Below the pieces are notes generated by a model. That model saw only the letters and a list, made by a program, of their open reading frames with translations. It did no database searches and was not told the origin of the DNA. A DNA stretch of 63,523 nucleotides, counting the filler, from Choristocarpus tenellus KU-1152 (Eukaryota; Protista; Phaeophyceae): assembly GCA_964200185.2 (NCBI GenBank). It is 8 parts of 8 records of this genome, joined end to end, with 100 filler letters (N's around TTAATTAATTAA, not from the genome) between each part and the next. Parts side by side here need not be neighbours in the genome. Positions count along the whole stretch, not along the records: positions 1 to 6,626 come from CAXNAD020007723.1; positions 6,727 to 20,634 come from CAXNAD020001327.1; 6 more parts are not named here. The stretch is one strand, 5' to 3'. Numbering within the stretch: the first letter of the stretch is position 1; each line of letters starts with the position of its first letter. Positions 1-11,391 of this stretch are shown here, piece after piece. The position numbers and the translations under genes are program-made.

Positions 1-32
1 GAGTTCAGGCGTGGGCCCTGCCGACCGTGCCC

Positions 33-60
33 CTCCCCCCCCCCCCAGATACTTCGGGTC
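33..60. mobile_element. Terminus of a MITE family B-type element (poly-C + AGATACTTCGGGTC)
   Basis: Matches the end of the full copy at 7711-7890 (CCCAGATACTTTGGGTC). Confidence 0.65.
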
Positions 61-88
61 AACAATAGTCGCTACAAGTGGAATTGTA

Positions 89-497
89 GCACGATCATCG
101 GCACATACCTCCTCTTTGGTACCTACAAAACGTAGAGAGTAGTGTATAATTTTAAGCACCTGCAGTTTTTGAAACAAGTCCATTTTTTGCTCGAACAAGT
201 CGCTGTCCAAGAAATCGTCTACGTGTACCTCTTCTGTGGCATTTACAAAAGATAGGTAGAAAACAGAGAATCTTTTTAGGCGCTTGCAACTCGTGTCAGT
301 AGCTCATCTAGCAGAATCATCTGTACACAGGTCCACTTTGGCAATTACAAAATAGGTACAAACCAGTATAAATATTTCTTCGCACCTACATCTTATCGTC
401 TCTAGTGTGTGGATTTTCGCACAACCATTGGCACACAGCTCATTGGAAGCTATAAAACAGCCACAAACCAGCACAATTATTTTAGGCACCTGCAACT
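89..497. repeat. Degenerate tandem repeat, four units of ~100-120 bp
   Basis: Recurring ATCATCGGCACA...TTTGG...TACAAAA...TTTTAGGCACCTGCA-like blocks starting near 89, 209, 311 and 419. Confidence 0.55.
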
Positions 498-784
498 TGT
501 GTATGAGATACCACATTGGTTCCATGGAGCGTACTCATCCTAAATCTTTATTTCAGCCATTTGTTTCAAGTAAAAACCTTTCCCTCTAACATAAAAATAT
601 TAGCACCGTTTTGAACATGAAGCTGGAATTCGAGGGGCAATCGCTGTGTGTTCCTTACAACGTATTTTCTTCACATGGTTTGGGATGAAAGCGCCAATGA
701 TTATATCCTCGTGTTGCTCTTTTCTTAGAGATGCCATACATTGTAGGAGGCATACCATGTACCTCTTACTGGGGAGGCTGTGTA

Positions 785-1022
785 GATGAGTTTTGCCTTG
801 TTTTTCCGTTCGAGACTTGGCTTCCCACAGGTTTTTTATACCCTTTTTTTCGTTTTTCTGTGTGAACACCGTTAATTAAAATGTTTACGACTATCAAAGA
901 TGTGTTCGGAGCAAGGATATTGAAACTTGCTAACAAACTAGATAACCAAAATGAATCAATATCGCAACATTGGATTTATGATCCGAAACGGACACGGCCC
1001 TACCCTCTCATTGTTTTGGCTC
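785..1022 (+). mobile_element. Degraded MITE family A copy (left end eroded)
   Basis: Shares CAAGGATATTGAAACTTGCTAACAAAC...GCAACATTGGATTT...TACCCTCT...TTGGCTC with the copy at 3455-3710. Confidence 0.75.
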
Positions 1023-1818
1023 AGTTAGCATATCCTCTTTGCAGAAAATATACTTGGTGGTGAGGAAAGGGAGGGAAGAGCTCTACCCAACATATGGAAA
1101 GGGCACAAACCCTATGCCCCCTACTGTGCCTTGGACGGTAGAGGAGCACAATATTTTCAGTTTTTTGCATGGTTATCTTAATGCACCATAGAGTAGGTAA
1201 ATGCCACTCCTCCTTTCAAGTATAGTATGCCCATGAGATGAAATTGAATATGGGCTGTCTGTAAATATATATTATTGATTTGACTGATTGAATGGACACC
1301 TACACTATTGTGGGCGGTGATCTGAGTAAATGAATCTGGTTAGATAATGCATCAACGCTGTTCTTCTTCCAGATGACTGGAATGTGTCGTCCTCAACACT
1401 GAAAAACATTGTGGCAGGCCATTGGGGAGGATATTTCACGATTCATGACAAAATTATATCTTCTCAGATCCGTGGCAAGAAATTCCGAATCAGAGAATCG
1501 ACAAATGGAACTAAATTATGATAAGAAAAAGTTTAAATAGGCAAAGTGGGGAACACCGACACAGCAGTGATGGCTTAGATATCAAGAGTACGCATTTGTT
1601 ACACACAACTTAGGACTGGTACCAAGGTGCCATTCAAAGAAAGATGATGAAACTGGTCCAAGGTTCATCCAATGAAACCCACTCACACTTTTTTGAAAGA
1701 ATGATGAGAGACAACCCATTGACAAGAACAGTCCTATTTACAGTTATCACAATCTAAAGAAGGTATGAAATGAAGGAGCACCACTCTTAGATCAAACTTT
1801 CTGTCGCAACTCCAACAG

Positions 1819-4800
1819 GCGGCAGTTTTCACCCTCTAGGTATAGCATATACTATCCTCATAGGAATCCCGTCATCCCCACACCTCAGTTTTTCGATTGG
1901 CGGTATCCTGGCGGCGCAGTTTGTCTCCAACTTTGTTGCAGCTTTGGTGATGGGATCTGCAATTCGTTTGTCAGTTGTGTCCCATATACCAACTGCTCTG
2001 AGGGTAGGAGTGGGCTGTGGCATATCGGTTCTCGTAAGTGTCCTTGGGGGCCGTAGTGTTGGACTCCTGACAGGCGACGGGTTTGCACCTCCAGAGTTCA
2101 CGTGGCAACTTGTGAGTGTGATCCTAATCTTATTCCTACTAAGATATAGCAGGAAAAACATGGCATGTTTATCAACTTCCCATGCACAATGTGGATTGAT
2201 TGATTAGCCCTCCAATTGATATCATTATTCCATAGCTGTTCTTGCATGAATTTATTTTTCGATTATCCCATTGGGGAGGGCAATTAGAGTTCTGGATAAA
2301 AGAATGTTATCATGCATGTGTGTACCTCGTCTCATATATGTCCTAACTTCTTACTTTGTCTGACTGTCATCTTATCGTACAGGATATTTTATGCTCTTGC
2401 TGCAGCCCACCAACTGTTGCAATTGTACTCTCATCCGTTTGGAGTTGCACACATTATTGCCAAGACAGTATACAGTATAGACTATTTTAACGCAAACTCC
2501 CACCCCACCCTTCAGGCCTTGGGCCTCCTCATTGTTACAGGTAGTTGCATATCTTGGTCTTCCAGAAGCAAGTGGCCTTTGATAGTTGGACTCCCAATCG
2601 CCATTACTTTGATTGTATATGCCATTTTCGACCGGTCAAAGTTCGAGGGATACTCTTCCTCCTCTCCACTCTCCAAGTGGAGCGAGGGAACAGCAGGCAC
2701 GATCTCCTTCCGCGAGATATCAGGATATGGGTCCTACTGGTTCTACATCTTGAGGATATCCTTCAGTATTGTGATCAACGTGACAAGCATTCTTCTCATT
2801 CTTATGGATGCCTTATGTCTACAGGTAAGAGTGGAATGCACATTTGCATTCCGCAACATTCTTTACTTTGAAAGTTTCATACTATGGAGTACTATGATGT
2901 GCTATGTTACGTATCACATTTAAGCGAACTATGATCTCACTGACAACTGCCCTACAGACTTCGGGAATTGTTCCTGGTCCTACACCTGCACCCTGCTTGT
3001 ACCTCTGCTTTTTCTTGCATCTATTCCTGTTTATTTTGTGGCTCCACGTTTACGTGTGTAGAAGTTGTTGGTCATGATTCTTGCAACTCATCCTGCCAAT
3101 ATCAGGACATGCGGAAGGATTCGAAGGGCATGACCAAGATTGACACCCACAAATTCATTGGCACATCCAAAAAGGTGTTGTGGAACTATCCCATGTTCTC
3201 CTGTGTCCCTTGTGTCACTCCCTTCTCAAAAGCGGGATGATCACTACTGTGGATTGTATTAGTACATTGCATAGTGTAGAGCTCTGGAATAAGGATTTGC
3301 ACATCTCCTGTGTAGGCAACAACTACAGGTAGCGTCGTAACTACCCAAAGATTGCTGGTAGAATCATACTATCGACATATTTTTCACACTGTATGATATC
3401 TGCTCAATGTGCTAAGCGGGGTAGTGCATTTTCTGTTGATGAACTGCAAGAGAAGAGAGAAAATATCTTAGAGGGTACAAGTTTTCCCCTCTTTGTCCAT
3501 TTGGGGCTTGGCTTCCTATGGGTATTAATGGCATTTTCCTACTCCAAAATGCTTCGGAGTAGGTAAAATGTATACGTTATGAATGGGTGTGTCTGGAACA
3601 AGGATATTGACACTTCCTAACAAACATGATAGCCAAAATTACATCAAAATCGCACATTGGATTTTGGTCCCCGAATGGACGCGGATCTACCCTCTAAGAT
3701 GCATTGGCTCAGTAATTGTTGTGAGTACAGCAACAGAAATTTCATCTTGCGTTTAAAAATCGTCTGCTCGTCACACACAATGTCTAACACCTTTTTTTTA
3801 CTTCACTTGAACACCCTTGTCATCTCTAATGTCTCAAATTCATTTTCACTCTCTTTTTTGTGATATGGACTACCTGCAAGTTCCGGATCATGGGGGTCCT
3901 TGTTCCCTTGATGTCAATGGGGGGTAATGCTCTAGGAGTGACCACCCAAGCAGCCTTTGTCGAAACATTGGTGTCTATTTTTGGTGGGGCACGCACAGGA
4001 CTGGCTTCGGTCGTCACAGGTGTCCTGTTGCTACTGAACATGTTATTATGGCCACTAAATGTGTTGCTTGCCCCAGACCACGTCACAGGGGCTCTCGCTA
4101 TCTTTGTCACCATCAGGTATGGTGAAAGTTCAGGATGTCCATGTTGACGAAGTGTTGATGAAAGTATCCCTCATTCGCACTAGTTGTTCCAGAGGACTTC
4201 ACCAATTTTTTTTTGTTCTTATTTTGTAAACAAGGTGGAGTTATAGACAGGATGGCGTTTGCTACAGCACTACATATAGAATCTATTGTAGTGGCATTAT
4301 GGTACTTGTACTGTCAACAATGAATTGCCCATCAACTCTTACAAACCTCACATATTGCTAGGAACATTTTTCAATATAATGTACCTTTCTTCCAGATCAA
4401 AGTCCTATTACTTCGAGTGAATTTATTAGCGATAATTATTTCTGAATATCGCAAGTAGTGGCACATCTAGGCGTTGGGAGCTTCATGTACGGGTAAGATA
4501 AGGAGATCGACCGATTTTAATTGTAGGAATGGTTTTACTTTGTCCTCAGAAATTTTATCTAAAACACAATCACTTCGGAGTACATAGTATACTAATAGAT
4601 ATTCTAGGAGTATTGTGGAGTGCATGATGAAACACCACCAGGGCTTGACCTGATTGATCCCTCACATCCAACCCCTCCGCAGGTTTTTTGCCAGTGTGAA
4701 GGATGTGGATATTTCCTATCTCCCACACGGCCTGGCTGTGGTGATGCCGTTATTGATCATCCCCTTCACATTTGAGTTTGTGGATGGCCTCTGCATTGCA

Positions 4801-5226
4801 TTGTTAATGGCATTTATATGTGAACAGAGTCTGCGGATCCTGTCGGCAGAGAAGCAGTTGGCATCAGATTGTGATAACCTATTCCGTTGTAATAGGTTGT
4901 CAACAAAAACAAAACGTGATCTATCCGTCAGTGGTGCGTCTATATCGTACCCTGACCATAGGCTTGGGTTTGGTACAACGCCCTCTCACTCCCAGTCCAA
5001 TAGGAACACCAGTCTCTTACCCATTACCAGCAGGGCGTCACATGTGATAAACTGCACTGCAGGGGCAAGTAGTGATCTTGAGCAGGGATTATCCAACTGT
5101 AACATTTCCCGAGTCTCATCTGCAGTAGTTCCCAATGTGAATGGTATTCGCACAAGTCTCCACCCAGGCTTTGCCCTTGTGGCCCTTGTGGAGCTATTGC
5201 TTAGGGTAGTGGATGAACAAACATAA
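1819..5226 (+). CDS. Divergent AzgA-like purine permease (NCS2/xanthine-uracil permease superfamily), spliced; 5' exons not resolved. Exons ~1819-2111, 2516-2824, (3107-3174 tentative), 3881-4116, 4683-5226
   Basis: Joined exons give AzgA-like segments in the right order: IPTALRVGVGCGISVLVSVLGGRSVGLL; LGVTTQAAFVETLVSIFGGARTGLASVVTGVLLLL; SVKDVDISYLPHGLAVVMPLLIIPFTFEFVDGL. GT-AG boundaries keep frame at 2111/2516 and 4116/4683. Confidence 0.75.
3455..3710 (+). mobile_element. MITE family A, full copy (256 bp), intronic in the permease gene
   Basis: TIR core ATCTTAGAGGGTA...TACCCTCTAAGAT, termini GAG...CTC, flanks AGAA/AGTA (4-bp TSD with one mismatch). Confidence 0.9.
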
Positions 5227-6071
5227 ATTAACTCTATGTAGTTTAACAAAACCAGGGTGGACAAAAGCACATAGAGTTCGGAGAAAATATGGAGGAGGAT
5301 TCCATGCCCTACGTTGAACCTTACTGTTCGTAGCCTGTCATGACCCCATTGGTAAAGTACATTTGTCGGAACATATTGTTTGATGTTCGATTACCATTTA
5401 GCCATGAGGTCACTGTATATGATACACTAATGATGAGGCAGTGGGAGTCTAATCTGAACATTCAGTGTTGGAGTTTGATTTTATGGTGGTAGAGGTAGGA
5501 CAAATGCCTCACACCAAAGAAAGGTAGCTAGGTCAAGGCTCAGTTGAGTTTGTCGTCCCACGTGTGTGTGTATATATATATCCCTTGTGTGGCATTCTTG
5601 AGGACTTACGAGAAAATATTTTCATATCTGCCAAAACTTCTATGGAGTTTGTGTGAATTTGGAGCGTTGCCTCTACTTTCTCTTCCTCAACGTGATCCGT
5701 GGTCTCACTTTCTTCTATTGCTTCTTATTAGTATGATTAGTCGTAGCATTGGTTGGTGACAATACCATTAACTCCTTGTCATGGTACTTTTTGTTAGTGG
5801 ATCCTACTGTGGTAGTGATACATGGAACTATTGTTATTGTTGCCTGTCATATTTAATGTTGTGAATTAGTATGGAGTAAGTAGGTGATTCATCATTTACC
5901 TACCACATTAAAAATAATGAAGAGTACATGATATGTGGCACACATGATACACATATTACAAGAACAGGGAAAATAAAATTACGATTTTTTTTTTACTACA
6001 GTATAAATTATTCAATAGGATGATTACCTACCTATACTGACACTTCACACAAAATTTTATTGTCATGTATA

Positions 6072-6626
6072 CAGTGGGTTACCCGAATTTGGGTCAAATA
6101 TTATGAACCAAATCAATTTTGTACCGCTTTTTTTACATGCTCAAAAAATAGAATTTATTACCGGAATTCTCGTATTCGGGCGATTTGGTACAAAATCCCA
6201 GAGGTTTTCATGCGAGTTTGGCGCGCGCGCAAAAATTTCTTGCTAAAAGTGCCCTTCTTCCTGGGTCATGCTACCATACAGCAGTACAATACGTTGCTGG
6301 TAGGGGTATAAAGTGGATGCCATGGCTTGTGCAGCAGGAAACCTCTGCAAGATGCCTCCAAACACACTGGGTCCGCCTTTCTACACAATCCCCAAGTGCT
6401 GTAAGTGCGGTAGGTACCTCCACAGTATATGTCGTGTAAAGGATCCTGAACTCGACGATGACTGCAAACGTTTGTGTGAGGGGCAGTGCTTGGCACTGCA
6501 GCAAGTCGTGGGTGCTGACGGCAAGGGTGCATTGTTATCGACTGCATCGCTCGGCTCGCTGAATGGTAGCTCGTCTGATGCTGCAGATGGCAGCCGCGGG
6601 CAGAAATCTAGTGCCCCTTCCAGGAG
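6072..6626 (+). mobile_element. Probable left end of a DNA transposon with an ORF (ATG 6322) starting with a Cys/His zinc-finger-like domain; truncated by contig end
   Basis: TA|CAGTGG start typical of Tc1/mariner/pogo termini; ORF MACAAGNLC...KCCKCGRYLHSIC...CKRLCEGQC has PHD-like ligand spacing. No transposase catalytic motif visible. Confidence 0.4.
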
Positions 6627-6726
6627 NNNNNNNNNNNNNNNNNNNNNNNNNNNNNNNNNNNNNNNNNNNNTTAATTAATTAANNNNNNNNNNNNNNNNNN
6701 NNNNNNNNNNNNNNNNNNNNNNNNNN
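6627..6726. other. Artificial contig spacer (N44-TTAATTAATTAA-N44); identical spacers at 20635-20734, 26036-26135, 29789-29888, 34253-34352, 41304-41403, 60273-60372
   Basis: Seven identical 100-bp blocks of Ns around TTAATTAATTAA (stops in all six frames). Confidence 0.98.
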
Positions 6727-7204
6727 TGTGTGTGTTGGCTTGCCAGTGATGATATATACCCAGCAGCCAGGCAGTGTCTTGTAGTGCCCCCCCCCCCCCT
6801 TCCCGTGCCTGTCTGTCTGTCTGTCTGTCTACTGGACAAGTAACAAGAGGGAAGTGTCTTCTGAAGGAGGAAGAATGGAAAGAAAGATATTTGAGAAGCG
6901 GTCTCAGGGGTAGGGGGGCGGGGGCGGGCGGGGGGGGGGGGGATTAGACTCAACTATTTCTTATTTTATTTGGTGCGGCATGCAATAGGCGTTTTGCAAT
7001 CTTGTGGTGCATGCACCATTTATTTATTTTTCATCACACTGAGCGCGGTGATGGTGATGATGCTTCCCTTTGTGTTAGAGCTTGATTCATTGTCTTGTTT
7101 TTTTTCTTATCAATGCAATCATTGCTGAGGTGTACACACAACGAAAAAGAGTTACAATAGGATGGGAAGTACAATAGTGTCGGGGCGGGCAGAAAGCTTG
7201 GTAT

Positions 7205-7225
7205 TTAGGGTTAGGGTTAGGGTTA
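7205..7225 (+). repeat. Short interstitial (TTAGGG)n tract; also (CCCTAA)n at 26283-26300 and 48111-48147
   Basis: Direct reading of hexamer repeats. Confidence 0.85.
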
Positions 7226-7710
7226 CATGGCGTGGTGTTGAGAATGGAATTTTAGCACTAGGGAGCGGTTCACATCAGAGGGGCTTTTGTTTTGGGTTAC
7301 GAATTTGTGTGTTGTGTTTTATTATTTTGTGTCAATTTAGACAACTTTCCTGTGTCGGCTTTATTTTGGGGATGGTTCTTCCAGGTGGTTATTGGTGTGT
7401 TTCATGGTGTGTGTGTGTGTGTGTGTGTCCACATTACATCATCCCATGTCCCCCACTTGCCGCTGTTGATCGGAAACTGGCGTTTTTTTTGTTTGATTCC
7501 TTGTGGAAGAGTAATCACGATCCTTTTGTGTAGACCGCTATTGCCCTCCGCATCGGTTTTGGTTGGGTTTTTTAATTAGAGATCGATGCATGGCAAACCC
7601 AAGTCTGCTGGTAGGGGAGAACTCTCCTGTCCCATGTTTGTAATATTGGTATGCTCACTGTCTGTGTGTTGTCTACTGTCATGCAGGGCGCTTGACCTGG
7701 AGACTGAAGG

Positions 7711-7890
7711 GGCTCAAAGTATCTGTGAGGGGGTGGTAGCTGTCCATTTGGGGTTAATTTATTAATGTCGCGATTTTTGGCGATTTGGTTGCATACGTCG
7801 GATGGTTACTGTAAATGCACTTTTCCTGATTTTGACCCAAATGGACACCATGCTGTAACCCCCCCCCAACCCTCCCAGATACTTTGGGTC
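7711..7890. mobile_element. MITE family B, full copy (180 bp)
   Basis: Termini GGCTCAAAGTATCTG...CAGATACTTTGGGTC, perfect 4-bp TSD AAGG on both flanks; aligns in reverse with 38786-38963. Confidence 0.88.
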
Positions 7891-10073
7891 AAGGAGGAGT
7901 GGTGTTTTTTTTGACCACACCTAATATAATAATAAACATTTACATTTACATGTCGTTGTGAACATTAAGTTTTAAAGGCTGACTATGGATGTAGTCTTTT
8001 GTAGCAGGATCTGCTCCTCTTTCGTGGTGATGGATGTAGAGATATTGGCCTCTGTACTGGGTCTGATGTCGTGTCGTATCAAAACGTTTTTGGCCATTTT
8101 GCGGAGCTCTTTGTGTAGTTTTCGAGATGAGTACGCAAAGTTTGCTTACTCAATATTAAGTGCACCAATTAGCACTATTGTTACTGATGGAGAACGTGAA
8201 GTACTTGGGTGGAGTGGTGTTGTTAATGCGAGACTTGACCAACAACCTTTGGGGGGGGGGGCAGGGCTTGCCTAGCTATAATCCTTCAAGGTCCTGAACT
8301 GAACCTGTTTTTGAGAGCAATATATCCGACTGGTTACTGGTTACTAGTTACTGCATCCAGTCTAAGAATAAAAGACAAGTATTCATGCTTGCGGACTCTT
8401 TGCTCTTTATGAGTGCAGGAGCATACTCAGCGATATTAGATGGTACTCTGGATTAAGAACTATAAATGCCCCAAGTTCCACAGGCTCTAAACTGAGAAAA
8501 ATATGTGTCATACGACCTGCTGAGGACTTTCAGGTATTTAACAGCACACGGATGCACAATTGCCCAGGTTAAAAGATGCCTTTTTGAAAGGACAGGATGG
8601 ATCTCAGTTTGGTGCTTGGTTGGACCAGGCCAGGCGATGCGTGAGTGAATTTGTGAGTTATGTGCGAGGTGCAAATTTCAAAGGAGATCACTATGTTGGG
8701 CATACAATTAAGTTGCAGGTGACACTAGGGAGTCACTTATTGTGTGTGTGTATGTGGTACAGCGTTGGGAAGAAGACAAGAGGGAAAGCTAGGGGTCCAA
8801 GTTACGAGATACCAGGTTCAGGCAAGTTACATGCAACGAGCGTAGCCTACGCTGGTGGATTCAAACAGGGACAAGGTGAACGTGTTTGTTCTGTAGGCTT
8901 ACGATGCAAGACAACAAACAATGCAAAATCTTCCATGTCGACAAAGATGATCCCTCTTTCTTTGAAGAGTTCCAGCGAGCACTTACTTGCCAACTCTTAT
9001 CCTGCCTGGATGGCCCCGAATAATCAAGCCATAGCAAGGAACCATCTACTATCTGAACTCAGAGTAGCTCGTGATGGAGGAGAAGGCCACCAAGCAAAAT
9101 CTTCTCGTCGACAAGGGGTAGGCAAAATTTTGCGCTACACTGTAGAAGAGAGGCCACAGATGTTTTATGGGTGGTGAGGGAAAGGGAAAGGTTGCGTACA
9201 ATTGATTTCAAAAATAGGAGAGAGACGTTTCCCATCTAACCTCAACTCAATCACCCTCCTGATTTCCAAAAAATCATCGACTCTTAACAAGTAATGGAGA
9301 TACTAAGTGCGGGTTCGTTCCTTCTTAGGCTTACGCATGTGATTCCTTCATCTCACTTTCAGTTTTACTTCACCCGTCACAGTAGCCAGGTGTTCACACT
9401 CCAGTGCGCATCACATTGACCAATAATAGTCAAAGACGACAACGTATTATTAATTGGAAGTATTAATTCCTTGACGTATTTATAATATGTTGAAGGGCAT
9501 AGTCTGAAATTTATTGGTTTATAATGAGATAATATCAGAGAAATTTCTCAGGGTTTCAGGGTACTACACTGAAACCATTTTTCCTCTCTTGTATCAACTT
9601 TGTCGTGCAATAACTTTTGATCAACAATTTTATTAATGAGAATTCGTTTTTTGTAATCGCATAATCATGCTTAACCTTTTTTTATGGGTCTTGGTTGGTG
9701 AACTTACTTGTAGTAATCGTGAGAAATACAGGACCATACTTAAATCAAGTAGTCCTCGAGCGTGGTTCGCACGGGGTGCCACAAACCGCGCGCCCGTGCA
9801 TTTAAGTACGATTTTGACGCCAGAAGAGGCCATCTTCACCGACCGGGAGAACATGCGCGTTGTTGTCTCTCCATTCTCTTTCCATTATTTCCCAATTAAT
9901 TATGCGATGGTGTCGCCTGCTGGCTAAGGCTCACTCATGGGGGCCCAGGCCTCTGAACCAGACAATCCATGCCAAGTCAAATGAGGTATCCTGAAGGTGC
10001 AGGCCCTCCTGTGAGACTTAAATATGTCTTGTACACCCTGTTCAATTTGGTGCACTCCATGCCTTCTTTCTCG

Positions 10074-10560
10074 TTAGAATATATCAGATAGATGGTAAGC
10101 AATACTCATCCTGAAGAACATCTCCATAATTACTCTGGACAGTCCCCCTTCCTCCTTAAGACTGACAGGAATGTTGGCTCTCATTCCAGACAACGTGTAG
10201 TCACAATGGCCTTGTACATATTGCTTCTTCGTTCGCCCGCAGACAATCTCTATTGGGTTCAGTTCACAGTGGTACTTTGGAAGCATCAAGCAGTGTCCTC
10301 CAGGACGCTCAACCAGAATCTTAAGACTCGGTTCTACCACCTTGAAATCCGGCTGCTCCCCAAGAACGTACGCCATGCTCATGCTCTTATTCCTATCCTT
10401 GCCGAGTGTCCTTGGTCTTCCCTGGTATATACAAACCTCTCTCTTCCAAAATCTGTCTTATCCACTTTCAACATACTCCCCCTTCTCGCTTTGTGGACGA
10501 GGGGAAATCCTCAGGCGATATCCCTTCCTTGCCCCTGGCCTCCTGGCACTAGACGAACTC
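10074..10560 (-). pseudogene. IS630/Tc1-mariner-type DDE transposase remnant (C-terminal part)
   Basis: VLGEQPDF...GHCLMLPKYHCELNPIE...YVQGHCDYT matches the LPKFHCELNPIE motif around the catalytic Glu; upstream part interrupted by a stop. Confidence 0.8.
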
Positions 10561-10705
10561 AAATCCATCAGGGAGTGACCGCACCACAACGTCAACGTCG
10601 TCAGGTGACAACTCGGAACTCATTGGGCGTCACAGTTTCTTGTGAGGGACTTAAACAGTGTTAAGCCGAGGCTCGCCAGCCACGTGCGGTTTCGGCGGTT
10701 TCTAA

Positions 10706-11024
10706 TCTTGATTTTTTTGGAAAGGTTGCCCAACGCGATCAGCATATATATCGAATGAAACCTCTTGACATAAGCTATCGATTTCCGCAAAGAAATCCTT
10801 GGGGAGAAATATTTTTGGTCGTGATAATTTATTCCGAAACATTTTCAAGGTTGTGGCGAAAAAATTCGGTTAAAATTTAAGATTACCAAGACAATTTTGC
10901 CCACAATTTTCTTTGCGGAAATCGATACCTTAGATCAAGACCTTTCGTTAGTAGATAAATACATAATGATCGTCGATTAACTTGTTCGGCAACCTCATTG
11001 GGAAACCATTTCAAGAAATCAAGA
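10706..11024. repeat. Long imperfect inverted repeat (foldback/MITE-like)
   Basis: Perfect 20-bp inverted pair TATCGATTTCCGCAAAGAAA (10776-10795) / TTTCTTTGCGGAAATCGATA (10908-10927), plus outer arms TCTTGATTT... / ...AAATCAAGA. Confidence 0.85.
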
Positions 11025-11391
11025 CTGTCGGCACTGTATCTACTCTTTCTATTATTATGACCTGTGACATTTTTCAGATGTGTCAGGGAGAAATTATTTT
11101 TATTGTACTGACTATAGTACTACTACAGTATAGAACTACTTTATCTTGTCATTGTACTTTGGACCTTGATCCCCTTCTTAGTGTCCATAAGAATGACATC
11201 GGTTTGGATGTAAGAAAAATGAACAGTGTCATATGTTCATCTCTTCCCCCTAACTCGTGAGATGGATAGATACTATTGGCACAGAGCCCTACTCTCCCTT
11301 ATCCGCACCGATACGTAATACATGGTCTCGCTTGGTGACTTTGTTAGAAAAGAGCATCCCAATCAGTCTATCTTTGTCCTTTTTTCACCAG

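Noticed and set aside
6307-6312. TATA box
   Set aside because: Only 9 nt before the ATG, too close for a eukaryotic core promoter.
6627-6726. TTAATTAATTAA palindrome recurring seven times
   Set aside because: Always embedded in identical N blocks: an artificial contig linker. Gene neighbourhoods across spacers were not interpreted.
8560-9177. 205-aa ORF
   Set aside because: No recognisable domain or consistent exon structure; cannot support a call.
10092-10664. 190-aa plus-strand ORF
   Set aside because: Antisense shadow of the transposase remnant; no recognisable motif.
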